From a virus (Duplodnaviria > Caudoviricetes): DNA of 64,000 bases. This document shows, piece by piece, positions 26,837 through 38,300 of the stretch. The notes below the pieces were generated by a model. It saw nothing but the letters and a program-made list of their open reading frames with translations, was not told where the DNA came from and ran no database searches. A program made the translations under genes and the position numbers. Numbering within the stretch: position 1 is the stretch's first letter; the number at the start of each line of letters is the position of its first letter. Where the stretch lies: the IMG/VR virus record IMGVR_UViG_3300020576_002312, positions 14,187-78,186 of that record; one strand, 5' to 3'.

Positions 26837-27253
26837 ATGGCAAGTTCAATTCCAAGGGCAAGAAGAAAAGAGTATGCAGATACGCTTGTGGCGAAAGCAC
26901 TCAAGGTAGCGTTCTTTACTAACCTTACGGGGTATGATCCTTTAACAGCAACTACTTACGCAGCGTTAGCGGGGACAGCAAGTGAGGTTTCCAACGCAGG
27001 GACAGGCTACACTACGGGAGGATATTCTCTTACAGGAAAATCATCATCTAATCTTGCTACTAATGGGGCAATAATGACAGCCGATGCAACAGTACTTGGT
27101 TCAGCAACCTTTACTGCTCAGTATGGTGTTATCTACGACTCTGCAACGGGAAAGATTGAGGGTGTATCTGATTGGTTAACTCCTTATAGCGTAACCAACG
27201 GAACGATCACAATAACTTGGGATACAGTAGCGGGTTTGTTTAACGTACAGTAG
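26837..27253 (+). CDS. small structural/tail-associated protein
   Basis: LKVAFFT...EVSNAGTGYTTGG...AQYGVIYD pattern common in phage tail modules. Confidence 0.6.
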   Translation: MASSIPRARRKEYADTLVAKALKVAFFTNLTGYDPLTATTYAALAGTASEVSNAGTGYTTGGYSLTGKSSSNLATNGAIMTADATVLGSATFTAQYGVIYDSATGKIEGVSDWLTPYSVTNGTITITWDTVAGLFNVQ

Positions 27254-27262
27254 TAAAGGGTT

Positions 27263-28774
27263 ATGGATAAGCCGAATGTCCTTAAAAGTTCACCGTTTTA
27301 CATGTCACAAGGCGATGTATTATACCTACTTTTCGTAGATGAAAACGGGGATACACCTACCTTTACTTTGAACTCAGAGAACGATGAACTTAGTCCACCT
27401 ACTGCACCCGTAGCTACCGATGCAACGTCTGTTACGTCAAGTAGTTTTGTTGCCAACTGGAACTTCACAGAGAACGCAACAGAGTATTTCCTTGATGTAG
27501 CAACCGATAGTGCGTTCACGAGTTTAGTTGCGGGGTATGATAATAAATCAGTGGGTAATGTGACTTCGGCAAGCGTGGTGGGGCTAACAGATGCTTATAC
27601 ATATTATTATAGGACAAGAGGTGGTAACTATAACGGAATAGGAAATAACTCAAATACGATAGACTTAACCACAGCGATAGAGAACGTAGTTGATGCAGAT
27701 GGTAATGTTTATACTTATGTAACCATAGGCACTCAGCAATGGATGGTAGAGAACTTAAAGACCACTAAGTATGCTGATGGAACTCCAATACCAAATGTTG
27801 CAACTTCATTTAGTGATTGGTTCTTACCATCTAAGGATGAATTAAATGCCATGTATCAAGAATTAGAGGTGCATGGAGTGGGAGGATTTAGTGATGATAT
27901 GGGAAGTTATTCTACATCAATATATTTAACATCATCAGAAGCGGCTGCTATTCCGGCAGGGCTTGTATGCGTGCAATCTTTTGCTGATGGTGTTCAATAT
28001 GAAAATATATTTAAAAATGAGGATCATAATGTAAGACCATGTAGGGCATTTACATCTATATCGCCATCATATTCATTGAGAGACATAGGCCCAGCGGGGG
28101 GATATATCTTTTGGAAATCGGGCAACAATTATCTTGAAGCTATGGCTTATGATATCGGTAGTTACGATTGGAGTAATATTACAGGTCTACAGGTAGGCAC
28201 GGCTACAGCAATAGGAACAGGTCAGGCTAATACCACTGCTATTATAGGTCAAGTAGGGCACACCGTTAGTGCTGCCAAATATTGTGATGATTTCATTTTA
28301 ACAAGCGATTTATTTTGGGTTAATGATACTAATGGCGCATACTGTTGGTACAACAACGACATAGCAAACAAGACACCTTACGGAGCACTCTATAATTGGT
28401 ACGCAGTAGATAACGCACATGGACTTGCACCTACGGGGTGGAGAGTGCCAAGCGATGCTGATTTTACTACGTTGATAACTTATATAGGTGGAGACGCAGT
28501 TGCGGGTGGAAAATTAAAAGAGCAGGGAATTACTCATTGGATAACACCAAATACGGGCGCAACTGATGATTATGGGTTTGCGCATCGTGGCGGGGGGCGA
28601 AGATATTTAGGATTATTTGATACTCTAATGCAGACAGGCTATTTAAGAAGTTCTTCTATTTGGGCAACATCGTCTGTTTTTTTTACAGGACATACTATTA
28701 CTAATATGAATATTGGGTATTATGACAAAACAGATGGCTATTCAATTAGGTGTATGCGTGACGTGACTCCTTAA
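27263..28774 (+). CDS. adhesin: FN3 + FISUMP (Fib_succ_major) domain with a nested permuted DUF1566-like domain
   Basis: FN3 motif; TIGTQQWMVENL...YGALYNWYAV...WRVPS...SIRCMRD; insert with SDWFLPSKDELN and GPAGGYIF. Confidence 0.8.
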   Translation: MDKPNVLKSSPFYMSQGDVLYLLFVDENGDTPTFTLNSENDELSPPTAPVATDATSVTSSSFVANWNFTENATEYFLDVATDSAFTSLVAGYDNKSVGNVTSASVVGLTDAYTYYYRTRGGNYNGIGNNSNTIDLTTAIENVVDADGNVYTYVTIGTQQWMVENLKTTKYADGTPIPNVATSFSDWFLPSKDELNAMYQELEVHGVGGFSDDMGSYSTSIYLTSSEAAAIPAGLVCVQSFADGVQYENIFKNEDHNVRPCRAFTSISPSYSLRDIGPAGGYIFWKSGNNYLEAMAYDIGSYDWSNITGLQVGTATAIGTGQANTTAIIGQVGHTVSAAKYCDDFILTSDLFWVNDTNGAYCWYNNDIANKTPYGALYNWYAVDNAHGLAPTGWRVPSDADFTTLITYIGGDAVAGGKLKEQGITHWITPNTGATDDYGFAHRGGGRRYLGLFDTLMQTGYLRSSSIWATSSVFFTGHTITNMNIGYYDKTDGYSIRCMRDVTP

Positions 28775-28786
28775 CAGATAAAAGCT

Positions 28787-29383
28787 ATGGCAGAAAGAAT
28801 AGTAGAAATAATGAGTGATAGTGACGGACGAAAGCACCTTGAGCTTGGTCTTGATGCTGAATCCTTGTCATCGTTCCGTTTACAGATGTGGATTCATAAA
28901 AACGGGAAACGTGCAGTGGATTGGATGAATAACCTGTCGCTTAGTTATATTTCCTTTATCAATGGAGATTTATACGTACACAACTCACATGAAGTGCCGA
29001 GATTGTTCTTATTCGGAGAGCAGAAAGAAGCTAAGATAGGTCTTGTAGCAAACCAAGAACCACAGGAGATAAAACTACTTGACTCACTTATGCTCGACAC
29101 AGATGGGGCATGGGAGGTTGAATCGGTAGTCATTCCCCCGTCAATGAACTATCCTGACGGACACTATTCACAGATACCCGCAAGTATGTTTGTCAAAAGA
29201 GAGGGCATTTACGAGTCGGAGTTCCTTAGAAATATGAAGACAAGCAGTTCAACTATCAATCCTATTGAGGCGTTGACAGGAGAACCACTTCGAGGTAATG
29301 AAGCGTTGATAACACTACGTACGACAAGCGGGGATAGGGTTAGGCTCTTTCGTTGTCAGATAAACATGACCAAAAGTAGATAA
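28787..29383 (+). CDS. C-terminal part of the muzzle/stabilisation protein
   Basis: DWMNNL...SFINGDLYVHN...LFG.Q...N..P...K.L...KREG.Y...G..LRG. Confidence 0.7.
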   Translation: MAERIVEIMSDSDGRKHLELGLDAESLSSFRLQMWIHKNGKRAVDWMNNLSLSYISFINGDLYVHNSHEVPRLFLFGEQKEAKIGLVANQEPQEIKLLDSLMLDTDGAWEVESVVIPPSMNYPDGHYSQIPASMFVKREGIYESEFLRNMKTSSSTINPIEALTGEPLRGNEALITLRTTSGDRVRLFRCQINMTKSR

Positions 29384-29422
29384 GATAAAAGTTGATTACC
29401 TTTGTAACTAAATCACAATAGT

Positions 29423-30130
29423 ATGAGTTTTACACCTTGGGGTATAGCAGCGAACACGGCACTTGGATTAACCAAGGGGGTGCTAGGTATTTTTCAGGCA
29501 GCCAAAGCAAGCAAAGGTTTACGTAACTTACAACAGCCACAATATCAGACACCCGAATCACTTACACAGATGGGAAACTTGGCAAGGCAGATGGCAAGTG
29601 CTACGGAAATGCCAGGTCAAAGACAGGTTGAAGATAAGTTAGGACAGACACAGGCAGAGGGCGTGAGTAATGCGATGAAGTTTGCTACGAGTGCTCTTGC
29701 AGGACAGAACGCAGCAGAGAACCTTGCATCGAAGAAGATGCAGGCAATACAAGACTTGGGTGGTATGTTCGCAGAGTATAAGTCTAAAAGACAACAGGAT
29801 TTGATGAACGTGATGGGACAAGAGGCTCAAGACCAACAGACCAAGTGGAACTTAAACGAATATCAGCCATATCAGATTAAAAAGAATGAGTTGACCGACC
29901 AAAGACAGCAGGGATGGAATAATATGTTTGGAGGTGTTGATAGTGCGTTGTCGGGGATTACCAACTTAGCGGGCACAAATGACTATTTAAAAGTACTTAA
30001 GGGGATGCAACCGCAGTTTGGTAACACGGGGAATGCTCAAGCTAATACTTCTTTAGGGAATAATAATCAGTGGGCTAATTGGGCAAATCCAAATTTTCAG
30101 ATGCCACAATATAATTATAAACCGTACTAA
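29423..30130 (+). CDS. DNA ejection/internal virion protein
   Basis: G/A/Q/N/M-rich 235 aa; TACCTTTG 29397-29404. Confidence 0.6.
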   Translation: MSFTPWGIAANTALGLTKGVLGIFQAAKASKGLRNLQQPQYQTPESLTQMGNLARQMASATEMPGQRQVEDKLGQTQAEGVSNAMKFATSALAGQNAAENLASKKMQAIQDLGGMFAEYKSKRQQDLMNVMGQEAQDQQTKWNLNEYQPYQIKKNELTDQRQQGWNNMFGGVDSALSGITNLAGTNDYLKVLKGMQPQFGNTGNAQANTSLGNNNQWANWANPNFQMPQYNYKPY

Positions 30131-31479
30131 TGGCAGAGTTTTCAACAATTTACGATGGCAAAAATAGTGCAGTAAGACTACCTGATTTAGATAAGACCGA
30201 GAAAGCATTATCTCGCTCTGCGGATTTGCAGATTCGTGGAGAAGAAATGAAGCTCGATAAATCTTTAAAGGATAAAGAACGCCTTCTTGATACAATGAAG
30301 ACAGTTCCATTGTCATTTCATAATGAGATGCTGATGACTCGTCAGGCGTATGAACTTGAAAAGTATAAAAATTTAGGTGCATCGCTTTACGCAAAATACG
30401 GAACAGACTTACCTATAACAAAACAGATTGAACTTGGTAACGCTAAGTCTGCGTTAGAACAAAAGCAAAAGACATGGCAGGCAGAGTCAGAAACTGCTCA
30501 AAGAATAATGGATATTTTATCTAAAGATAACGGGCATTATTATGACCATGATTTAGGGATAACTGCTTATAAAAAATGGCTTAAAGATCCCGAAAACAAT
30601 AGGTTTGATGAGTCCGCATTAAGTGTTGCACCACAGAGCATGGGTGGGTGGTTAAGAACGCAAGCGAAGAATATGCCTGCATCAACAAATCCCGTTCTTA
30701 TCAATGGGAGATGGGTTGACCAAAGAATAGTCTCTGACGATATGAAAAAAGAGGTGATATTTGAGGGGTTAAAAGATGAGGCTAAGCTTAAAGGGGTTAT
30801 CGCTGATTTCGATGAATGGACACGCACAGCACCACAACATGAGGTGATTGCCTTATTGGACAAAAACGGTGACGGAGTAGTATCACCCGAAGAAAGAACT
30901 GTTGCTAATAGCGGAGCAAGATTTAAAGATAGTCCTATCGTACAGTGGGCAATGAGCAATCCTAATTATCTCAAGCAGATGGATCAGGACGAGGGCGTAT
31001 CAAAGAATATACAAAGAACAAGCATAGGTAGTGGTAGTAACGACAGTTCATGGGCATCACTGAAGATAGGTAACGGCAAGGCTATTAATTATCAACCATC
31101 GGATAGAATGTCTGTTACTTTAGGGAGTTCAGATTACAGCACATATCATGTCATACCTGAATGGCCTACCATGACTATTCCTACAACTAACGTAGAGATA
31201 CAAACACCACAGGGCAACAAAGAAAAGACCACAGTAAGAAGTATTGCAGTACAGCCTACGGGTTATGATGAGGATAAGGATGAATTTACATTCATTGCCA
31301 AGTCTAACTACAAGGGTGGGGGCACAATGGGTACAGGTGATCAGATAGCCATAAAGAGACAGTATGTTCCTCGTGAGTTCGATAACTTTGAGATACTTGT
31401 CAATGGACAGAGGATAAAAATCAAAGACCTAAAGAGAGAGCAACCACAGAAGAAAACAGGGGCACTCGACAATCTGTAA
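30130..31479 (+). CDS. internal virion/ejection protein
   Basis: 449 aa between a pilot-like gene and the giant gene. Confidence 0.5.
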   Translation: MAEFSTIYDGKNSAVRLPDLDKTEKALSRSADLQIRGEEMKLDKSLKDKERLLDTMKTVPLSFHNEMLMTRQAYELEKYKNLGASLYAKYGTDLPITKQIELGNAKSALEQKQKTWQAESETAQRIMDILSKDNGHYYDHDLGITAYKKWLKDPENNRFDESALSVAPQSMGGWLRTQAKNMPASTNPVLINGRWVDQRIVSDDMKKEVIFEGLKDEAKLKGVIADFDEWTRTAPQHEVIALLDKNGDGVVSPEERTVANSGARFKDSPIVQWAMSNPNYLKQMDQDEGVSKNIQRTSIGSGSNDSSWASLKIGNGKAINYQPSDRMSVTLGSSDYSTYHVIPEWPTMTIPTTNVEIQTPQGNKEKTTVRSIAVQPTGYDEDKDEFTFIAKSNYKGGGTMGTGDQIAIKRQYVPREFDNFEILVNGQRIKIKDLKREQPQKKTGALDNL

Positions 31480-31566
31480 AATAATTCCAAATAAATTTGC
31501 ATAAGTCATTTCTTTGGTTTACATTTGTCAGAAATATAGTATAAAAAACTGACAGAATTAAAGACA

Positions 31567-31779
31567 ATGACCCGCACAAAGTTCCTTATATGGCTAACAA
31601 TAGTAGTTCTTATCGCTATCTCGGTGATAGATGCTTTCTGGGGTGGTGCAATAATCTTTGACCAACTTCAACGATACACCTTTCTGTTTGTAGCACTGCT
31701 ATGCGTGGGTTGTATTGTGTGGTACTTTGTTAAGGATGTGCTGATGCAAAAACCTGTGAAAAAACGAAGTCAAAAATAA
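31567..31779 (+). CDS. small two-TM membrane protein
   Basis: Two hydrophobic helices and a basic tail; own TACATTTG 31520-31527. Confidence 0.7.
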   Translation: MTRTKFLIWLTIVVLIAISVIDAFWGGAIIFDQLQRYTFLFVALLCVGCIVWYFVKDVLMQKPVKKRSQK

Positions 31780-31783
31780 TGCT

Positions 31784-31985
31784 TATCTTTGTGCTGATTT
31801 AACTGACAGTTATAGTCGTAGGTTAGCAAAAGAAATATTTAAGCAGAATAAAGATTGCCCCGAAAGAGGTGGTGTTAATTTGTCCGATAACTACGAACCA
31901 TTAACTGTCAGCCCATCCTCTTAGGGGTTTCTCTTTTTAGATGGGGGATATTGGTTCAGCAACCATAAATCATCATAACTGAAAC
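31784..31985 (+). promoter_or_regulatory. promoter plus structured leader/sRNA
   Basis: CTGACAGTTA (31803) and TCGTAG (31816) are complementary to TAACTGTCAG (31902) and CTACGA (31891) inside a CCCC..AAGAGG/CCTCTT..GGGG hairpin. Confidence 0.6.
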
Positions 31986-32093
31986 ATGATAGCTAATAAC
32001 ATGTCAAAAGTATTAATAGCATTGCCGATCAAAGGCAACAGGGAGTGTGACCTGTATAAACATTACACGCCAAAACAAAACAAAATAAAATAA
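31986..32093 (+). CDS. 35-aa ORF
   Basis: MIANNMSKVLIALPIKGNRECDLYKHYTPKQNKIK, downstream of the leader. Confidence 0.35.
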   Translation: MIANNMSKVLIALPIKGNRECDLYKHYTPKQNKIK

Positions 32094-32094
32094 A

Positions 32095-32210
32095 GCGAAA
32101 CGAAATGAAACGAGCGAAATGACGGGGTAGTATCTCTCATGCGATTAAGCATGGGGGGTAGGGGGGCATACTACCCCTGAATGAGCGAGTGAGTGAGTGA
32201 GCGAGCAAGT
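32095..32210. repeat. CGAAA-like repeats, G-rich hairpin and (GAGY)6 array
   Basis: GGGGTAGTA/TACTACCCC stem 32124-32177; GAGC GAGT GAGT GAGT GAGC GAGC at 32183-32206. Confidence 0.7.
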
Positions 32211-32384
32211 GTGAATCTTTTCTCCCTGAAAAGTAATGATTATCAAAACTAAAGTTGATTAAGTTAAACCTTGTAAAGTTATAATACTTATTCTCTTTTA
32301 GGACTAAGACTACAATGGGGTGCTATGGAGTAAAGTGACTTGTCCTTAAAAAGCACTATCTTTGTAAGGTAAATCAGTTCTCTC

Positions 32385-35300
32385 ATGGAAGATAAGACAA
32401 AATTACTTTACGATAAACTATCCGAGCAGGGGTTATATACTAAATCCTTTGACGAGTTCACTACTCAGTTCAGCGACCCAAGTAAGAGAGAACTACTGCA
32501 TAGTGCGTTAGGGAAGCAGGGATTGTACACCAAGACCTTTGATGAGTTCAACGCACAGTTCTTCCCTGTTGAAAAAAAAAAAGACACTTCGGAAAGCGAT
32601 GGACTTCCTTCTTCGGATATTCCATCAAAGATAGGGCAAGAAGTATCAAAGAAGCCACTCGAAGATTTTACAACTCAACCATCACAGTCAACATCGACTG
32701 AACAGCCGTCTGTCTTAGGGGAATTAGGTCTTACTCTTGAGACACCAAAGCCTACCGGATTCCATGAAGAAAATATCGGGACAAGAGGATTGCAATATCT
32801 TTCAGGGCAAACACCTGATGTTATCGGCAATGAATTAACAAGAAAACAAAAGCAGTTAGAGAACATTCCGAGTACTGAATTAAAAAACTCAGACGGAACT
32901 ATTAAACTTGCAACACCCAAATCACTTGTAGAAGATTACTTTAATTTCAAGTCCATTCCACGAGATAATTCCCAGGCAAATACCGCAGGTGAGGCTGTTA
33001 TGTCCGTACCAAAAGAGTTAAGCAATGCCTTTGGACGTATGTTTGATGATATGGCAACCGCAGGACGAGCAGTAGAGAAGGGATTTGCACAGATATTCTT
33101 AGGCAAAAAAGGTTCGGATGCCTACATGAAAGCCAAAGATGCGGGTACATTTTCTGCACCTAACTCTATGTCTGCACGACCCGCAGAGAGTTTATCTACT
33201 TTCTTATCGGAATCAACTAAGAATCTCAAGTACATGCCCGAAGGACTTGGGGGCAGTGTTGCAAAAGGGATGATTGATATTGTTCCTGATATCGCAGCCA
33301 CGTTGATATTTCCCGAAGGTAAAGTATTCTCTATCGCACCAAAGATAGGGCTTAACCTTGGTAAGTTCGGGATGGAACAAGCCATACGAGGCTATGCACA
33401 AGGTATAGGTGAGAGTAATGGTCAGTTTGGTTTGCAGTTAAAGATGCCCGTTGTTAGAGCGATAGAAAAGGGTGCAATGGGATGGATGTACGAAACAGCA
33501 GGAGGATTAAATCAGAAATTTGCGGGTAACATAGCAAATAGACTATTCCCTAACGCTAGCACCGTTTCAGAATCTATAAATAAGTCTTTATTAGAGCACG
33601 GGACGGTATCTACCCTTGATGGACTTACATTTGGGGGGCTTGGTTCGCTTGATGAGTTATTACGCACGGGAAAGATTACAAGCAAAACATTCCTTGAAGG
33701 CTTTGGTATGGGCGTGGGATTCCATGCTGTAAATGGCTTTCAGTTACTTGGAGCGAGAGCATACACTACTCTTTTAGGGATGCCATCAGAAGGTATCACA
33801 AGACTTGCTACAAGTGGTACAAGTGCTGAAGAACTAAATAAGCAGGCAGACGAAAAGATAAACCTTATTGAGACAAAACAGTCACAGAACCCCGAAGGTG
33901 ATGCGGTGATGGCGTTCATGCTTAAAAAGACTGCACAGGCGAAAGCAATGGCAGAGGAAGTCCTTACTAATAAAGATGAGGTCATTGCCGATATAAAAGC
34001 TAACGTAACTGATAAGAAGGCACAAGAAGTCCTTACTGATAAAATCAACGAGGTAGATGCCGACAATGACCCAAAGGTACAGGCAACAAAAGAAATCAAC
34101 GACAAGATTGCAAAGATAGACGAACAACTTGAAACAATCAAGTCAAATAAATCATGGGATGATGCGAGGAAAGAGGTAGAGTCTGCACCATTGAAAGAGC
34201 AGAAGCAGGCGTTGAAAGACGAGGCTATCGCCACTCTTAACAAACCCATCGAAACCGAGTTTAAACTTGGGGATAAATCTTTCAAGACAGAGAAGGAACT
34301 CACCGACTGGCTTGATAAAAACTACAACGAAGAAGATAGATTCACATCGGTTAACGAGGATGGTTATCTTGAACCCAATACCATGAAGGTATTCAATAAA
34401 TGGTATAAAGAAAATAAGCCAAGACTCGCACAGGAACACCTTGATAAGATTGAGCAGTCAAGACCTCCGAAAGACGTTACTTTTATAGGGAAACAAGAAG
34501 GGGAAACACCCGAAGAAAGCCTTGACCTTTATAATGTAAAAGTAGGCGGCCAAGAAGCTACCTTTGCAGTACCAAGTGGCAGTGGAAGGGATGTTATCGA
34601 AGCGAAGAAACAAGCGACCATTGATAAGTTCAAACCCGCAGAGAGCAAAGAATCTATTCCTTTAGTAGAAGAAAAGACTGATGGCTCTACGGGGGATAAG
34701 GTATCTTATTTAACAGATGAACAAGCAACTCGTATAGGTGAAAAATTAGGACTTACCAAAGAACAAGTATTAGCGGATTCTCCGTCTAATATAGATTTCG
34801 TTTATGATCCCAAAAATAAAGTGTACCCTATTGTAAAAGCAATAATAGATGAAATAGGGAAAAAACCAAAGTCATCCTTAGAGGAGAGTAAACCAATCCT
34901 TGAAGAGAATAATAACTCTAGCGGGGATAGCAAACCATCACTTACTGATAATAAAGTAGAAGAAGTACTTTCCAAGGGTGACGAGATAAAAGCCAAGCAA
35001 GAAGTGGTCAAGGGGAAGATAGCCGACAACCTCGACAATCTAATGAGTGCTATCGGGGGAATCAAGAATATCACGGGCGATCAAAGAGTGAAGGTGCTTA
35101 GTGAATTAGCAGACCTCGCAAAGAATATAGCTGAATTAACTTCTCTTAAAGGAGAACAACTTTGGAATGAAGTAAAGAAATATCTTGACGAGAGAAAGAT
35201 TACCCTGCCTGACGATTTGATTTCTGAGTCAAAAACAAGCATTATTGATACATACAAAGAAAAAACTACTGAGAAGGGTAGTGAAGTATCAGCCGAGGAG

Positions 35301-38300
35301 AAAATAAGCGAAAAGTCGTCAGGGGATAAGAAAAACGCTAATAATCCCGATGTTCGTCAAATGGAGGTTGCTCGTAAAGCCGTTGATGAATCAATGTTGC
35401 TTTCTGATGACACGAAACAAGACCTCCGAGATCAAGGGATAGAGTATGCGGTACAGAAAGACTCAGCACTTGATTCTGAGGTTGAGGAGATGGTTAAGAT
35501 ATATGGCAAGGACGTTGCGGGACTTGACCAAATGCAAGCACTGATAACCAAAGAAGACAATAAGTTAAGCGGGGATAGACGTAACTGGCTTACTGCATTG
35601 CTTATCAAGGAACGTGCAAAACAGATTGAGATAGCACCCGACTTTGCAAGTAAAGTAGCGGAGAAGAAAAAACTTACTGACCTTATCATATTCGCATCAA
35701 ACAAGGGTGTGTTCTCAGGACGGGAAACAAGGTCATTCAAAAAGATAGGTGAGGCACTTGAACTTTATCCCGAAGCAATAAAAGCATCGGTCATCGCTAA
35801 GATAGACCAAAAGAACAAAGAGTTTTTTGACGGCAATGGTCTTGAGAAGATGATTAAAGAGGAAGTAGCTAATTTCTTTAAGGATAAACCACAGAGTAAA
35901 CCACAAGAGGATATTCCTGATATAGATGTTTCAAAAGCTAAGTTAGCAAGAGTACAGGCAGATAGAAAAGAGATACTTGCAAAACTTAAAGAGAGTTTTA
36001 AGAAACCAAGTGGTACATTATCGTCAAGCGTAATCCCCCTAAGTGCAGAACAGGTAGAGTTAGTTGTTAAACTTGTAGGGAACTATATTGAGGAAGGTGC
36101 TTTAAGAACCGAAAAGGTAGTAAGAAAATTACGCAAGGATTGGGAAGAAATCACAGGCGAAAAGATTACAGATGAGGATGCGTTAAAACTACTCCCTAAA
36201 GAGGTGAATGGAAGGACTATCGAGCAGTGGGATGCCGAGGGTAGAAAACCAAGAGTAGAAAAACAGGGTAAGCCCCCACGTAAACTGAGTACTAAGTCTA
36301 AACCGACACCCACAGAAGAAGAACTTACCAATAGGCTTTTAAAGAAAGCGGGGAAGATAGCAACAAAGAAACAACTTGAAAACTTTGTAAAGAAATACCT
36401 TACTGAGATAGCCAACAAAGGATTACTTACTGACCAAGAGTTCAGGAGTGTACTAGCAGAGGCACTTGGAAAAGATTATGTTTCAGGACAATCAGAAGGT
36501 AAGATAGACGAGGCAGCGAAGGCAGTTAGCAAATCAAATGAGAAACTTGGTTTACTGCAAAAAGCGTTTGACGATTGGAAGACCGAATATAATAACGACC
36601 CCAAATCACCTAAATTAGCAGACTTACGTAAGGCACTTGACAGTGCTATTAAGGATGCCGATAATGCAATGTCTGATGCCAAAAGAAAGTATCAGTTTGT
36701 TCAGAGTATGTTACAGGAAGAACCCGACTTTGTATCTAAATTAGGAACAATGATACAGGGGGGATTGCTTATCCCGTCATCACAGGTCGCAAATATTCTT
36801 GGTAACGTGGCATTGTTACCTGAGACTGGCCCTGCTTACATGCTATCAGGTGCATTTGATGCACTGACAGCTAAAACGGGCGAGGGTATGCAACAATTAA
36901 TTTCTAAAGTAGATCCCGTTAAACATCCTTGGTTATACAGAAAACTTAACGCATGGACACCGAGCGATAAGAGAACCATTCTTCCAGGAGAATATGCCAA
37001 AGGATATGCAAGGGGATTTGGTCATAACTTTCTTGAGGGGGTAAAACAAACATTCTCAGTAGAAGGGCCAGTAGGCACAGAGTTAATGAAAGGCAGTGTT
37101 CAAAGAGGCGTACATCCGATTGATGCTTTTATGCACCTTTATAAAACAGCAACAAAGGAAGAACAGCGAACACTACAACAACTTGCAGGTGATTTAATGG
37201 AAGCATTGCCCGCAGGATATATGGCTAATGCCCAGTTTAGGGGATTGAATATGTTTGACCTTCCATTCAGGGGTGCGGGTGAATCGGGTATTCTCTATGA
37301 AGCATTTGGAATAAAACGCAGAGAACAGATTAAACAAGCCAATCAAATAACGGATAAAGCCGAGAGAGAAAAGAAACTTAAATATTTAGAGGACACAGAG
37401 GATGTCGCAAGAGAAGAGTTCTATCGCAATCCCGACAAAACAACGCTTGAACTTGCAAAGAGACAGGGTGCAAAGGGTACGTTCTCTCAGAATACAGCAT
37501 TAAGTAATGCAATAAATAGTTTTGAGAGGTTTGCTAAAGATCAAAGCGGTTCGGTAGCAGAGACGGCAGTAAATACCGGATTAAGGATGCTTAAAATGCT
37601 TAACATGCCTTATGTGACCGTTCCTATAAATATCATGGGTAAGTCCCTTGAAATGTCTATACCGATCTTTCCTGCGTATAAAATGATAAACCATATTGCT
37701 AAAGCGGGGATGGCAAAAGAGAAAGGGCATTATGCCGTTGCTGACTCATATAGGCGTATGGCAATGGAAGATTTCGGTAATGCGATAGTAGCGGGTGCGG
37801 TAACAACACTTGCCACTTCACTTGCAATGGCAGGGGTAATAAGAGGTAATAGTGATGATAAGGACGTTAAGGCAGCGCAACAGGATATAGGCAAGGAAGG
37901 ATTAAGGTTTAATGCCGATGCTTTCCGTAGGTGGAGAAATGGGGAAGACCCAACATGGCAGGATGGCGATGATACTTATTCTTTAAGGAGACTTGGTGTA
38001 TTCTCAGTTCAACTTGGGGCTATTGCACAGGCGATAGGGGAAAAGACACCCGAAGAACTTGAGAAGATGAAGAACCTTGGATTGATAGAGAAACAAGCGC
38101 AGATTGGGGCTAATATGTTGAAATACGCACCAACGATAGCACTTGAGCAGTCTATTATGACAGGGGTTAATAATATGGTTCAGGGATTAATGGGTAGTGA
38201 GGCTGAGAAAGATAAGTGGGTAGTAGGCATGGCAGGTGCATTATCAAGTGCAGTCTATCCGAATACAATGGGGAATATCAGTCAGTCCCTTGATGGTTAT

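Noticed and set aside
28640-28774. DGR variable region at the FISUMP C-terminus
   Set aside because: No template repeat or reverse transcriptase seen in the window.
32572-32582. A11 homopolymer as a phase-variation or frameshift site
   Set aside because: In frame (EKKKD) and typical of Lys-rich linkers; no alternative frame of note.
33740-36682. Several 60-190-aa - strand ORFs
   Set aside because: Antisense shadows of the 2249-aa gene.
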